Shown here: positions 27,153 to 37,462 of the stretch, piece by piece
Numbering within the stretch: position 1 is the first letter of the stretch
Layout of the letters: each line of letters opens with the position of its first letter
DNA from: Actinomycetes bacterium
Lineage (GTDB): Bacteria > Actinomycetota > Acidimicrobiia > Acidimicrobiales > Bog-793
Reading direction: 5' to 3'
Assembly (NCBI GenBank): GCA_021818615.1
Contig: JAKATT010000136.1
Span: 37,981 to 101,980, forward strand
DNA: 64,000 nt
Position numbers and translations under genes: made by a program
The notes under the pieces: generated by a model
Told to the model about the DNA's origin: nothing
Database searches by the model: none
What the model saw: only the letters and a program-made list of their open reading frames with translations

Positions 27153-27563
27153 TCATGCGAGGGACGGGAAGAAGAGCTCGATCTCCCGCCGGGCCGAATC
27201 AGCGGAGTCCGAGCCGTGAACCAGGTTCTCCGTCAACGCCAAGCCGAAGTCGCCCCGAATCGTGCCCGGCGGCGCCTCTGCCGGGTTCGTCGGGCCCATG
27301 AGTGTCCGCACGACCTTCCAGGCATCCTCCGGCCCGTCGGCGACCACGAGGAAGGATGGGCTCCCGGTTATGAACTCGATGAGGCCGTCGTAGAAGGGCT
27401 TGCCGTAGTGCTCCGCGTAGTGGCGTGCGGCGGTCGCCGGGTCGATCGTGCGCAGCTCGGCGGCGACAAGACGAAGGCCTTTGCGCTCGAGACGTCCGAG
27501 GATCTCGCCGACGAGGCCCCGCTCGACGGCGTCAGGCTTGCAGATCACCAAAGTCCGCTTCAC
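27153..27563 (-). CDS. ndk: Nucleoside diphosphate kinase
   Basis: MKRTLVICKPDAVERGLVGEI..GPTNP..GTIRGDF..NLVHGSDS. Confidence 0.95.
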   Translation of the reverse strand: MKRTLVICKPDAVERGLVGEILGRLERKGLRLVAAELRTIDPATAARHYAEHYGKPFYDGLIEFITGSPSFLVVADGPEDAWKVVRTLMGPTNPAEAPPGTIRGDFGLALTENLVHGSDSADSARREIELFFPSLA

Positions 27564-27631
27564 GGGTGGATGACCCTACCGGGAGGCTGCGACACCGGCC
27601 AGTCCGGCGCCGACTCCAGCGATGCATGCTT

Positions 27632-29104
27632 TCATCTCCTGAGCAGGCCCCTCGCGGCACCGACAACATAGAGAGAGCCGGTGACAAGGACGAGATCGCC
27701 GCTCTCGGCAACCTCGAGCGCCCGCTCGAGGGCGTCAGCCACACTCGTCGGTCCTGACTCGACCTCGTCGGTGGGCAGGCCAAGGGAGCGGGCTGCCTCG
27801 GCGACCTGTGCCGCCGGTTGGGCACGAGGCGACGCCGGCGAGCACGCCACGACCCTGTCGAGCGCTCGTCCGCCGCTCGCCAGCGCCTCGAGCAGCTCGA
27901 GCGGGCTGCGGCCCCGCAAGCAGCCGATGACCACAATGACCCGCCGGGTCGCCGAGAAGTCCTCTGCCAATGTGGCACCGGCGGCCGCCGCACCGGCAGG
28001 GTTGTGCGCACCGTCCAGCACGACGAGGGGTGAGCGGCGTACCACCTCCATCCGACCGGGGACCGTCACCGACCCAAGACCCCGCTCCACCAGCTCCTGG
28101 TCGAGCGGCCCGCCCGAGAACGCCTGCACCGAGGCGAGGGCGACCGCTGCATTGTCGGCCTGGTGCACCCCGTAAAGCGGGATGAATACCTCGCCGTAGC
28201 ACCCAGCCGGGGTGAAAAGCTCGACAACTCGACCGCCGAGAGCGAGCCGGCTGGCCTCCGCTCCGAAGTCCTCCCCGCGTCGCCATACGGAGGCTGCCGC
28301 GACCCGCACGGCCTCGTCGTCGAAGATGCGGGCGATGTCGTCATCCTCCTCGCCGAGCACGAGCACGCTGCCCGCCTTCACGATGCCGGCCTTCTCGGCA
28401 GCGATGTGCGCCCGGGTGGGCCCGAGAATGTCGGTGTGGTCGAGGGCAACGTTGGTCACCGCCGCAACAGTCCCGTCGGCCACGTTCGTCGCGTCGAACC
28501 GGCCGCCGAGTCCCACCTCCACCACCGCGGCGTCGACGGCCTCATCGGCGAACCAGCGGTAGGCACACGCCGTGACGATCTCGAACCAGCTGAGCCGTTC
28601 GCCCAGGAAGAGCTCGAGCTCGGCGAGCGCCCCGAGCTGAGAGGCGAGCTCGTCGTCGCTGATCGCCACGCCGTCGATCGACAACCGTTCATTGATGAGC
28701 TCGAGGTGCGGGCTCGAATAGAGGCCCACCCGTAGACCCTGGGCCTTGAGAAGGGCCGAAGCCATGCGACACGTCGAACCCTTGCCGTTCGTTCCGGTGA
28801 CGTGGATGACCGGGTAGCTGCGCTGAGGCTCCCCGATGGCTTCCATGAGCCGCCTGATGCGCTCCACGGTCGGCAGTCCGTGGCGCCCGGCATGCCCGGC
28901 TTCGATGGCTTCGAGATTTATGTGACGGTCGAGCCAGGCGAGGGCCTCGCCGAGGCTCGCCGCGGTACCGCCGGCCGACGCGCCGGCCCCGCCGCCGAGC
29001 GGCGGAGCAAAGGGACCGGTCTCTCGGAAAGGGTCAGGAAGCGGCGCGGCGCGACCGTTCCGGCTTCTCGGGCGCGCCTCGAGGCACCAGGCTCGGTGCG
29101 ACAC
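27632..29104 (-). CDS. folC: Bifunctional folylpolyglutamate synthase/dihydrofolate synthase
   Basis: [14 protein letters not shown]-loop; Mur-ligase middle and C-terminal domains. Between the clpX stop and the conserved N-terminal helix ([11 protein letters not shown]) there is no in-frame ATG/GTG/TTG. The nearest candidate start is GTG 29104, inside clpX. Confidence 0.8.
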   Translation of the reverse strand: MSHRAWCLEARPRSRNGRAAPLPDPFRETGPFAPPLGGGAGASAGGTAASLGEALAWLDRHINLEAIEAGHAGRHGLPTVERIRRLMEAIGEPQRSYPVIHVTGTNGKGSTCRMASALLKAQGLRVGLYSSPHLELINERLSIDGVAISDDELASQLGALAELELFLGERLSWFEIVTACAYRWFADEAVDAAVVEVGLGGRFDATNVADGTVAAVTNVALDHTDILGPTRAHIAAEKAGIVKAGSVLVLGEEDDDIARIFDDEAVRVAAASVWRRGEDFGAEASRLALGGRVVELFTPAGCYGEVFIPLYGVHQADNAAVALASVQAFSGGPLDQELVERGLGSVTVPGRMEVVRRSPLVVLDGAHNPAGAAAAGATLAEDFSATRRVIVVIGCLRGRSPLELLEALASGGRALDRVVACSPASPRAQPAAQVAEAARSLGLPTDEVESGPTSVADALERALEVAESGDLVLVTGSLYVVGAARGLLRR

Positions 29105-30308
29105 GCTCGAGCACGACCGAGCGGTCGACCACGCAGCGGCCGATGTCCTCCCGGCTCGGCAGGTCGTACATGACGTCGAGCAGCACCTCTTCGAGGATCG
29201 CCCGCAGCCCGCGGGCACCCGTCCCTCTCAGCAGCGCCTGGTCGGCGATCGCCTCGAGGGCATCCTCGGTGATCTCGAGCTCAACCTTGTCGAGCTCGAA
29301 CACCCGGCGGTACTGCTTGGCAAGCGCGTTCTTCGGCTCCACAAGGATGCGAACGAGGGCCTCGCGGTCGAGGCTCGAGACGGCTCCGATGACGGGCAAC
29401 CGGCCGACGAACTCGGGGATGAGCCCGAACTTCAAGAGATCCTCGGGAAGCACCTGCATGAGGAGCTCGCCCTCTTTCCAGTGCTTGCCACGGCGAAGGT
29501 CGGCCCGGAACCCGATGCCTGCCCGGCCGATCCGGCTCTCGATGATCTTGTCGAGACCGGCGAACGCGCCACCGCAGATGAAAAGGACGTTCGTCGTGTC
29601 TATCTGGATGAACTCCTGGTGGGGATGCTTGCGGCCTCCCTGGGGAGGGACCGAGGCCGTGGTTCCCTCGAGGATCTTCAACAGCGCCTGCTGCACACCC
29701 TCGCCCGACACGTCGCGGGTGATCGAGGGGTTCTCCGACTTGCGGGCGATCTTGTCGATCTCGTCGATGTAGATGATCCCCGTCTCCGCCTTCTTGACGT
29801 CGTAATCGGCAGACTGGATGAGCTTGAGGAGGATGTTCTCGACGTCCTCGCCCACGTAGCCCGCCTCGGTGAGAGCCGTGGCGTCGGCGATGGCAAAGGG
29901 CACGTTCAGCATCCTCGCGAGCGTCTGTGCAAGGAGGGTCTTGCCACAGCCTGTCGGACCGAGCAGGAGGATGTTCGACTTCGAGATCTCGATGTCGCCC
30001 TCCCGGTACGCTCCCGCCTGCACCCGCTTGTAGTGGTTGTAGACGGCCACCGAGAGGATCTTCTTCGCCTGCTCCTGGCCGACCACGTAGTCGTTCAGGA
30101 ACTCGAAGATCTCCTTCGGCTTCGGGAGGTCCTCGAAGCTGACCTCGCTCGGTTCGGCCAGCTCCTCCTCGATGATGTCGTTACAGAGCTCGATGCACTC
30201 GTCGCAGATGTAGACGCCGGGACCGGCGATCAGCTTCTTCACCTGCTTCTGCGACTTCCCACAGAAGCTGCACTTGACCAGCTCCCCCCCATCGCCGAAC
30301 TTGGCCAC
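29034..30308 (-). CDS. clpX: ATP-dependent Clp protease ATP-binding subunit ClpX
   Basis: Zn finger CSFCGK..CDEC; Walker [12 protein letters not shown]; IIYIDEIDK; [10 protein letters not shown]. Confidence 0.97.
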   Translation of the reverse strand: MAKFGDGGELVKCSFCGKSQKQVKKLIAGPGVYICDECIELCNDIIEEELAEPSEVSFEDLPKPKEIFEFLNDYVVGQEQAKKILSVAVYNHYKRVQAGAYREGDIEISKSNILLLGPTGCGKTLLAQTLARMLNVPFAIADATALTEAGYVGEDVENILLKLIQSADYDVKKAETGIIYIDEIDKIARKSENPSITRDVSGEGVQQALLKILEGTTASVPPQGGRKHPHQEFIQIDTTNVLFICGGAFAGLDKIIESRIGRAGIGFRADLRRGKHWKEGELLMQVLPEDLLKFGLIPEFVGRLPVIGAVSSLDREALVRILVEPKNALAKQYRRVFELDKVELEITEDALEAIADQALLRGTGARGLRAILEEVLLDVMYDLPSREDIGRCVVDRSVVLERVAPSLVPRGAPEKPERSRRAAS

Positions 30309-30322
30309 CTTGCCTCCCCCGC

Positions 30323-30955
30323 TCAGGCAGCGCCGACGGCCGCTATTGCCCCGGCGGCTTCTTGCTGCTTGGTGATCACCTCGTCGATGACACCGTACTC
30401 ACGCGCTTCGTCGGCACTCATGATGAAGTCCCGATCTGTGTCGTGATGGATCTTCTCGACCGGTTGCCCGGTGTCATCGGCGAGCATCTCGTTCAGGAGA
30501 TCCCGCATGCGCAGGATCTCCTTGGCCTGCAACTCGATGTCGGTCGCCTGCCCGGCCGCACCGCCGTAAGGCTGGTGAAGAAGGACCCTCGCGTGCCGCA
30601 GGGCGAAACGCTTGCCCTTGGTGCCGGCTGCAAGAAGCACCGCGGCGGCAGATGCCGCCTGGCCGAAGCAGAATGTCGACTTGTCCGGTCTCACGTATTT
30701 CATCGTGTCGTAGATGGCGAAGAGGGCGGTGATGTCTCCACCCGGCGAGTTGATGTAGATATTGATGTCCTTCTCCGGGTCCTCGGACTCGAGAAAGAGC
30801 ATCTGGGCGCAGACGAGATTGGCGACGGTGTCGTCGATCGGCGTCCCGATGAAGATGATGCGCTCGCGCAAGAGGCGCGAGTAGAGGTCGTACGCCCGCT
30901 CGCCACGGCTCGACTGCTCCACGACCGTCGGCACGAGATATCCGTACGCGTTCAA
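30323..30955 (-). CDS. clpP: ATP-dependent Clp protease proteolytic subunit
   Basis: [34 protein letters not shown] (catalytic Ser)..LLHQP. TTG 30955 preceded by GGAGGAAGG, overlapping tig stop (TTGA). Only one clpP is present here. Confidence 0.9.
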   Translation of the reverse strand: MNAYGYLVPTVVEQSSRGERAYDLYSRLLRERIIFIGTPIDDTVANLVCAQMLFLESEDPEKDINIYINSPGGDITALFAIYDTMKYVRPDKSTFCFGQAASAAAVLLAAGTKGKRFALRHARVLLHQPYGGAAGQATDIELQAKEILRMRDLLNEMLADDTGQPVEKIHHDTDRDFIMSADEAREYGVIDEVITKQQEAAGAIAAVGAA

Positions 30956-32349
30956 CCTTCCTCCTCGCCCTCGACCGGTGCATCCGGGCTGCCATCCTCG
31001 GCAGCCGGTCCGCTGCTCCCACCCGCCTCCTCCGACGAGCCCTCGTGCTCGAGAAGCAGCGCTCGATCCATCGGGTTCCCCTGCTCGTCCACGACGTCGA
31101 CGTGCTCGATGAGCCACGTCACCGCCTTCGAGTTCCGTAGCTCCGAGCGTAGCCGTTCCAAGCCCGGACCCTCTGCGATCTGGCGCGCCATCTCGCGCGT
31201 CGACCGGTTGCTCTCCTTGGCGACCCTGGCGATCTCAGAGGTGAGCTCATCATCGCTCACCTCGATCTTCTCGGAGTCGGCGAGCGCTCGCAAGGCGAGG
31301 TCTGCGCGCACCTGGGTCGCCGCTTGTTCCCGCAGCTCTGCCACGAGCTCCTCGGCGGAGATCCCGCGCATCGCCATGTACTCCTCGAGCGCGACGTTGC
31401 CGTCGGCCAGTCTGTGAACGAGCCCGTGCTGCAGGCGGTCCGCCTCCTCGTTCACGAGCGTCTCGGGCATCTCGTCCACCACGAGAGCGGAGAGCGCCTC
31501 GACAACCTTCTCTCGAAGCTCGAGACTGGCCTGCAGCCGGCGATAGGCGGTGAGGCGACCGCGGATGTCGTCTCGTAGAGCAGCAATCGTGTCGAACTCG
31601 GACGCGTCGCTCGCCCACTCATCCGTGGCCTCGGGCAGCACCTTCTCACGTACGAGCTTCACGAGCAAGCGCACCTTGGCCGGTCCACCGGGCGCCTCCT
31701 GGGCGTCGACCTCGACGATATCGCCTGCCTTGGCAGCGCGCAGCTTGGCGTCTGCTCCTTCGAGGAGTCGGTTCGTCCCGATCTCGTAGACGTAGTCGCT
31801 GGCCGAGAGCTCCTCGACAACCTCGTCGCCTCGCATGCCGGTGACGTCGAGGGTGACTACATCACCATCCCTCGCCGGCCGCTCGACCTCGCTCAGTTCT
31901 GCGAACTGCTCCCGCAGCCGGTCGAGCTGCGCCTCGACCTCCCGGTCGGCCGGTTCCGGTGGAGACACCGTGACCTGGAGGCCCTCGTAGCCCGGGATGG
32001 CGACCTTCGGGCGCACCTCGACGATGGCGTCGAAGGCGAGCGGACCGTCCTCCTCACCCGAGGTGATGTCGATCTTGGGTGTGGCAATGATGTCGAGCGC
32101 CGTCTCCTCGACCGCCTGGGCGTAGTAATCGGGAACGGCATGGCGGATCACTTCCTCGCGGATGGCCTTGCCGCCGAGCCTCAGCTCGAGAAGGCGGCGG
32201 GGCACCTTGCCCGGCCGGAACCCGGGAACGTTGACCTCCCGCTGCAGCCGCCGGAGGGTCTCGTCGACGGCCGACGAGAGCTCCTCCTCGTCGACTTCGA
32301 CGGTGAGCTTGACCCTGTTGCCTTCGAGGACCTCGGCGGATGAGCGCAT
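30952..32349 (-). CDS. tig: Trigger factor
   Basis: [41 protein letters not shown] (ribosome-binding motif). Start at ATG 32349; the upstream ORF extension is rejected. Confidence 0.9.
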   Translation of the reverse strand: MRSSAEVLEGNRVKLTVEVDEEELSSAVDETLRRLQREVNVPGFRPGKVPRRLLELRLGGKAIREEVIRHAVPDYYAQAVEETALDIIATPKIDITSGEEDGPLAFDAIVEVRPKVAIPGYEGLQVTVSPPEPADREVEAQLDRLREQFAELSEVERPARDGDVVTLDVTGMRGDEVVEELSASDYVYEIGTNRLLEGADAKLRAAKAGDIVEVDAQEAPGGPAKVRLLVKLVREKVLPEATDEWASDASEFDTIAALRDDIRGRLTAYRRLQASLELREKVVEALSALVVDEMPETLVNEEADRLQHGLVHRLADGNVALEEYMAMRGISAEELVAELREQAATQVRADLALRALADSEKIEVSDDELTSEIARVAKESNRSTREMARQIAEGPGLERLRSELRNSKAVTWLIEHVDVVDEQGNPMDRALLLEHEGSSEEAGGSSGPAAEDGSPDAPVEGEEEG

Positions 32350-32489
32350 ATGGCTTGCGGATTCTACCGGTCCCCCGCTGTCGGTCCCACCGATCGTCGG
32401 AGGGTCACGGGCGGCCGAAGCAGTACGCTCCGCCACGGAGAGCCGGGAAGGCTGGTCGGCACGCTGTTGCGTCGCGCCGAAGGAGCCGA

Positions 32490-33578
32490 ATGACGAGCCC
32501 CGAGTTCCATGCAGCTCTCGCATCACTTCCAGTCCCCGCCGCAGCCCTCCTGTCAGCGCCGGTCGCCGTGCTCGCGATGCCGGCGGCGGCATCGTTGTTC
32601 ACCGTCGGCACAGCGGTCAGCCTTGCTGCCAGCACCGTCCTCGTCGGGCGGATCGCCCGGGCCGGGGAGTGCCTCCGGCTCTCGAACGCCGCCGTAGGCC
32701 TCATCGCCGCGCTGTGTGCCGACGCCCCGGAAGTGACCTCGGCGGTCACCGCGTTCTCCCACCACCAGGCAGACGTCGGCGTCGGCGTGGTGTTCGGATC
32801 GAACATCTTCAACCTTGCCGGTCTGCTCGGGCTCGGCGCCATCTTCGCCGGCAGCATCTCGGTCCACCGCCGAGCCGCCATCCTCGAGGGAGCTGTCGGA
32901 GGCTTCATCGCCCTCATCGGCCTGCTCGCCGGGCTTAGGGTCATGCCCCCAGCTGCGGCACTCGGCCTTTCAGCCATCGCGCTCGTCCTGTACGCGGCGC
33001 TCACCGCGGTGCGGGCCCGTACGGTACGCCGCCTCCCCATCCCTCCGGCGGCGGCGGTCTGGTTGGTGCGCGCCGTGCGGGAGGAGAGCCTAGACGCCTC
33101 GGCCGCCCTGCCTGCCCACGCAAGCGGCAGACAAGCTGCCCCGGACGCAGCCATCGCGGCGGCGGCGCTCGCCGTCGTCGTGGCGGCAAGCATCGCGATG
33201 GAACATGGTGCCACCTCTCTCGGAGCCCACTACGACCTCCCGAACATCGTTACTGGAGGCATCATTCTCGCGGCGGTGACGAGCCTGCCGAACGCCGTCG
33301 CCGGCATCTACCTGTCGGCCAAGGGCCGGGGTACGGCGGTGATGAGCGGGGCGATGAACAGCAACGCTTTCAACGTGATGGCCGGGCTGCTGGTCCCAGG
33401 CGTCGCGCTCCCCCTCGCCGCCGAGTCCCCAGGGGCTGTGCTCAGCGCGATCTGGTACGCCGCCATGACGGCAGGCGTGATCGTGCTCGTCGTAGCCGGG
33501 CGCGGGCTGACGCGACTGAGCGGCGCGGCGATCATCGCGGGCTACCTCTGTTTCGTCGGGGTGATCGTGGCACGCTGA
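32490..33578 (+). CDS. CaCA (sodium/calcium exchanger) family membrane protein
   Basis: Two alpha-repeat-like motifs: APEVTSAVTAF..VFGSNIFNLAGLLG and SLPNAVAGIYLS..GAMNSNAFNVMAGLL. AGGAG lies 4 nt before ATG 32490. Confidence 0.7.
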   Translation: MTSPEFHAALASLPVPAAALLSAPVAVLAMPAAASLFTVGTAVSLAASTVLVGRIARAGECLRLSNAAVGLIAALCADAPEVTSAVTAFSHHQADVGVGVVFGSNIFNLAGLLGLGAIFAGSISVHRRAAILEGAVGGFIALIGLLAGLRVMPPAAALGLSAIALVLYAALTAVRARTVRRLPIPPAAAVWLVRAVREESLDASAALPAHASGRQAAPDAAIAAAALAVVVAASIAMEHGATSLGAHYDLPNIVTGGIILAAVTSLPNAVAGIYLSAKGRGTAVMSGAMNSNAFNVMAGLLVPGVALPLAAESPGAVLSAIWYAAMTAGVIVLVVAGRGLTRLSGAAIIAGYLCFVGVIVAR

Positions 33579-33651
33579 TGCAGGGCTCGAGCCTGGCGTG
33601 CCGCGGCGCAGTCGGCGGGCAGCGCCACCTCTCCTAGACTCCGGGACCGAC

Positions 33652-33725
33652 CGGGGAGTAGCGCAGCTTGGCAGCGCGCCTGCTTTGGGAGCAGGAGGCC
33701 GCGGGTTCGAATCCCGCCTCCCCGA
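33652..33725 (+). tRNA. tRNA-Pro (anticodon TGG)
   Basis: 74-nt cloverleaf. Acceptor CGGGGAG/CTCCCCG; D arm GCGC-AGCTTGGCA-GCGC; anticodon arm CCTGC-TTTGGGA-GCAGG; T arm GCGGG-TTCGAAT-CCCGC; discriminator A. No encoded CCA. Confidence 0.9.
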
Positions 33726-33779
33726 CACAGGGCTAGCAACTGTTCCCTGAGATCACTATATATGTGATCGAACGCGTGT

Positions 33780-34394
33780 ATGCTAGGTCACGTGAAGCTT
33801 GCCGAGTGGGCCAGGAGCTACGGGGTCCATCCCCAGACCGCCTACCGCTGGTTCAGGGAGGGCAAGCTGCCAGTCCCGGCCGAACGGTTGCCAACGGGCA
33901 CGATAATCGTGCCGAGCAGCGTCAAGACCGGCACTGGCGTTGTCGTTGCCTCGCTGTACGCTCGGGTCTCCAGCCACGACCAGCGCGCTGACCTCGACCG
34001 GCAAGTGGCGAGGCTCAGCCAGTGGGCAGCCGGCAACGGCATGGCCGTCGGCGAGGTGGTGACCGAGGTCGGCTCGGGCACGAACGGCCACCGCCGCAAG
34101 TTGGCGCGCCTGCTCGCTGACCCGGACGCCACCGTCATAATCGTCGAGCACCGGGACCGCCTGGCACGTTTCGGCGTCGAGCACTTAGAGGCCGCGCTGT
34201 CGGCACAGGGGCGCAGGGTGGTCGTCGTGGACGACGGTGAGGTCCAAGACGACCTCGTCAGGGACATGACCGAGGTGCTGACCAGTTTCTGCGCCCGGCT
34301 ATATGGTCGCCGTGGCGCCCGCAACCGGGCAGAGAAGGCCTTGAGGTGCGCAGAGCACGATGTAGGCCCAAAGGCCTTGGCCGAGGCGGGTTAG
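33780..34394 (+). CDS. tnpA: IS607-family serine recombinase transposase TnpA
   Basis: MerR-like HTH (KLAEWARSYGVHPQTAYRWFREGKL) plus resolvase catalytic domain (YARVSSHDQRADLDRQ, VIIVEHRDRLARFG). Confidence 0.9.
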   Translation: MLGHVKLAEWARSYGVHPQTAYRWFREGKLPVPAERLPTGTIIVPSSVKTGTGVVVASLYARVSSHDQRADLDRQVARLSQWAAGNGMAVGEVVTEVGSGTNGHRRKLARLLADPDATVIIVEHRDRLARFGVEHLEAALSAQGRRVVVVDDGEVQDDLVRDMTEVLTSFCARLYGRRGARNRAEKALRCAEHDVGPKALAEAG

Positions 34395-34396
34395 CC

Positions 34397-35817
34397 GTGC
34401 TGGTGCACCAGGCGTACCGGTTCGAGCTTGGCCCCGACAACGCCCAGCGCTCGGGCCTGGCGAGCCACGCCGGCGCCTCCCGGTTCGTCTACAACTGGGG
34501 CCTGGCCCTGGTCAAAGAGCACGTGGCCGCCCACAAGGCCCTGGTGGCCCTGGCGCTGCGCCAGGGGGCCAACGTTGGGCAAGCCGAGGCCTGGGCCACC
34601 GAGGTGACAGGGCCGGTCCCGTGGTCGTTGCCGGCGCTCAGGAGGCAGTGGAACCGGCAAAAGCACGACGTGGCCCCCTGGTGGGCCGAGAACTCCAAGG
34701 AGGCCTACAGCTCGGGCCTCGACGCCCTAGCCCGGGGCTTGAAGGCCTTCTTCGGTTCCCGTTCAGGCGGGCGCAAGGACCGGGCTGTCGGCTTCCCCAA
34801 GTTCAAGAACAAGGGCTCGCGGGCCAGCTTCCGGGTGACAACTGGCAGCTTCGGCGTGGTGGACGACCGCCACGTGCGCCTGCCCCGCATAGGCGTGCTC
34901 CGCACCAAGGAACCCACTGCCAAACTGGCGAGGAAGCTCGTCGACGCCAGTGCCAGGGTGCTCTCGGCCACGGTGTCAGAACGCGCCGGGCGCTGGTATG
35001 CGAGCTTTACTGAGAGCTGGACCGCCTCGAGCCCGAGGTGCCGGCCGGCGCCCCAGTTGGCGTAGACCTCGGGGCAAAGCACCTGGCCGTGCTCTCGACC
35101 GGCGAGGAGGTCGACAGCCCCAAGCACCCCTCCCGCTACGCCCGGCGCATGGCCCGGCTCCAACGCCAGTGCTCGCGCCGGCAGGGGCCAGCCAAGGGGC
35201 ACAGGCCTTCAGGGCGCTGGCGGCGCTCCAAGGCCAAGCTGGCCAAAGCCCACGCCAAGGTGGCCAATGCTCGGGCGGACAAGCTCCACAAGTTGACCAC
35301 CCGCCTGGCCAAAAGCCACGGAGCAGTCGTAGTCGAGGACCTAAATGTCGCCGGCATGACCACCAGTGCCAAGGGATCGGGCCACTGGCGGGGCAAGGCG
35401 GGGCTCAACCGGGCCTTGGCCGATGCCTCCCCGGCCGGGCTGCGCCGCCAGCTTGCCTACAAGACCACCTGGTATGGCAGCCGGCTCGTGGTCGCCGACA
35501 GGTGGTTCCCCTCTTCCAAGACGTGCTCGGGCTGTGGGACGGCAAAAGCCAAGCTGTCCCTGTCCGAGCGCGTGTTTTGTTGTGAGCACTGCGGCTTGGT
35601 CATCGACCGGGACCACAACGCCGCTGCCAACCTGGCGGCCCTGGTGGCTGCCATAGGTACCGCCAGTGGGGCGGGAACCGGCCGGGGAAAGACCGGCCTA
35701 CGCACAGGGAGAGGAGAGGTCACAGGCTACGGCCAGTGCTCCTCGGTGAACTGTGAAGACGGCGCCGGACAACCGGGCAAGACCGCCACCGCCGCCGGGC
35801 AACCGACGGCTGCTTGA
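34397..35817 (+). pseudogene. tnpB: TnpB (RuvC-like RNA-guided nuclease) split by a single frameshift near 35012-35014
   Basis: ORF1 from GTG 34397: VLVHQAYRFELGPDN..FPKFKNKG..RWYASFT. ORF2 frame: ELDRLEPEVPAGAPVGVDLG (D), VVVEDLN (E), CSGCG..CCEHCG zinc finger, DRDHNAAANL (D). The frames join if one base is restored after ACT at 35009-35011. Confidence 0.85.
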
Positions 35818-35887
35818 GACGTGCTCACATTTGGTCACGTTTCGAGCAACGGTTTATGGACTCGTTTATCGACTCCTGATCACCTTG

Positions 35888-36002
35888 CCCTACGCAGCCC
35901 TACGTACGGGGTCGTGGCCGCGCAGGGGCCGTACGCTGGGCTTTCGCGGCGGCGGGGGTCGAAGGCGCCTCTCGTGACTCTCTTTTCCCTACGCAGCCCT
36001 AC
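35888..36002. repeat. 16-bp perfect direct repeat CCCTACGCAGCCCTAC (35888-35903 and 35987-36002)
   Basis: Read directly. The two copies are offset by 99 bp (83 bp between them), immediately beyond the AT-rich right end of the IS607 element. Confidence 0.85.
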
Positions 36003-36135
36003 CGCAGCATGGGGCAGCGCGTTACTCAACGAGATGGGCGAGACGTCGTCGCCTCGAGGGAGGTGGTTCGCGGGTGGGTGATGGGCCTGTGGGTGATGCG
36101 GTCCCGCGGCATCCCTTTTCTCATGTGCCGGTTCC

Positions 36136-36726
36136 TCACTGATCGTCTTCGTCGGCGAGGACGACGATCCCGCTTGGCGCATCGAGGAGCGCCAGGGTGC
36201 GCCGGGCGGCATCCTCGACGTGGATCCGCGGCGGCGCTGGGAGGTCGTCGGGGTAGTAGGTCCTCGGGCCGTAGAGCTGGCCATAGCGGACGACGACACC
36301 GCCGGCATCGAGGATGAGGCGCTCGTGCTCGGCCACTGCTTCGCCACTCCCCGGCGGCGTCCAAGCGATGCTCTGCGCGAGGAAGCGACGCGTGCCCGCT
36401 GCGGCGACAGCGGCGAGCAGGTTGCGCGTCCCTTCGGTGCGGATCCGGTTGTTGCGTGACGCGTAGTCGGGGATCTCGTCGAGGTGGTCGGGGAGATCGG
36501 TGAGCTGGTGCATGACGAGGTCCGGGGCGAAGCCGACGACGGCGTCGACGAGCGCGACAGCGTCGAACACGTCGCAGACAACGGGCACAGCCCCGAGGGC
36601 TGCGATCGCAGAAGCCTTGCCGGGTGAGCGGGTCATGCCCGCCACCTCGTGGCCGGCGCCATGGAGCAGGACGAGGAGCCGGGTTCCGATGACCCCGGTT
36701 GCTCCGGCGATGAACACCCGCATCAC
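36136..36726 (-). CDS. NAD(P)-binding epimerase/SDR-like protein, possibly C-terminally truncated
   Basis: MRVFIAGATGVIGTRLL Rossmann motif. At 196 aa it seems short for this fold as I recall it, and it ends at the edge of the IS-flanking region. Confidence 0.65.
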   Translation of the reverse strand: MMRVFIAGATGVIGTRLLVLLHGAGHEVAGMTRSPGKASAIAALGAVPVVCDVFDAVALVDAVVGFAPDLVMHQLTDLPDHLDEIPDYASRNNRIRTEGTRNLLAAVAAAGTRRFLAQSIAWTPPGSGEAVAEHERLILDAGGVVVRYGQLYGPRTYYPDDLPAPPRIHVEDAARRTLALLDAPSGIVVLADEDDQ

Positions 36727-37076
36727 GACGTAGCCTCGACGTGGCGCACTGCGGGGGTGTCGAAGTGCCGGTGCCGGAGCTCGGAGCAGACCGAGATCGT
36801 GTACTCGAGATAGAAGTCGTCACGGCCGCGTTGCTGGGCCGATCGATGCTCGGGGTCCTCACGCCAGGCTTCGTGGTGGGCGACGGTGTCGAAGGTGACC
36901 AACGACACCCGCTCCCCGTCGGAGGCGACGAAGGTCTTGAAGTCGACGAACCCGGGCATCTGGCGGGCACGAGCCTCCATGCATACGGCGAGCTCGCCGT
37001 AGCCGTTCGTCTCGGCGTCGTCACGCAGGCGCGAGCGGAAGACAGTGACGACGGGCTGGTCAGTACCGGGCTCCAT
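36723..37076 (-). CDS. Antibiotic biosynthesis monooxygenase (ABM) domain protein
   Basis: VVTVFRSRLRDD..YGELAVCMEARARQMPGFVDFKTFVASDGERVSLVTFDTVAHHEAWR. 4-nt overlap with the SDR gene. Confidence 0.7.
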   Translation of the reverse strand: MEPGTDQPVVTVFRSRLRDDAETNGYGELAVCMEARARQMPGFVDFKTFVASDGERVSLVTFDTVAHHEAWREDPEHRSAQQRGRDDFYLEYTISVCSELRHRHFDTPAVRHVEATS

Positions 37077-37462
37077 GCGAACAGCTTCGCCGATGGCGAC
37101 GCCTCCGTGGACAAGGACGCCGAGGCGCCGGAGCGAGACTGCCGCCGTCCCTGGGACACGCCTCGACGTCGTCTGGCTCGTAACCGAGTGCTCCGAAGTT
37201 CACAGGTCACCCCCGCCACCAAGTACCTCGGGTTCCCGCGCCTGAAGGGTTCAAGAACTCGATGCCGAAGGTGCGTGGGAGCTTTGCCGGGACCGAGATC
37301 CGTCAGACCGAACTTCGGCGGGTGAGCCGGTTGTCAATGGCGATCGCCCGAAGCCGTGACCAGGCAATTTGCGTTGTAGATCGCCTGGTGAGCTCAGATT
37401 GTAGGGGCAACATCATCCCCGGAGTCCAGCGAAGAGCGGCCTAGAATAGTCGGCGGGCGTAC

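Larger units (their letters stand above)
33740..35890 (+). mobile_element. IS607-family insertion sequence (tnpA + tnpB); boundaries approximate
   Basis: Serine-recombinase tnpA followed 3 nt later by tnpB. AT-rich left flank with GATCAC-TATATAT-GTGATC; AT-rich right flank containing TGATCAC. Starts about 15 nt after tRNA-Pro. Confidence 0.75.

Noticed and set aside
35005-35020. Programmed -1 ribosomal frameshift in tnpB
   Set aside because: There is no slippery X XXY YYZ heptamer at the junction (sequence TTTACTGAGAGCTGG) and no obvious downstream pseudoknot. A single-base deletion or a sequencing error is the simpler explanation.
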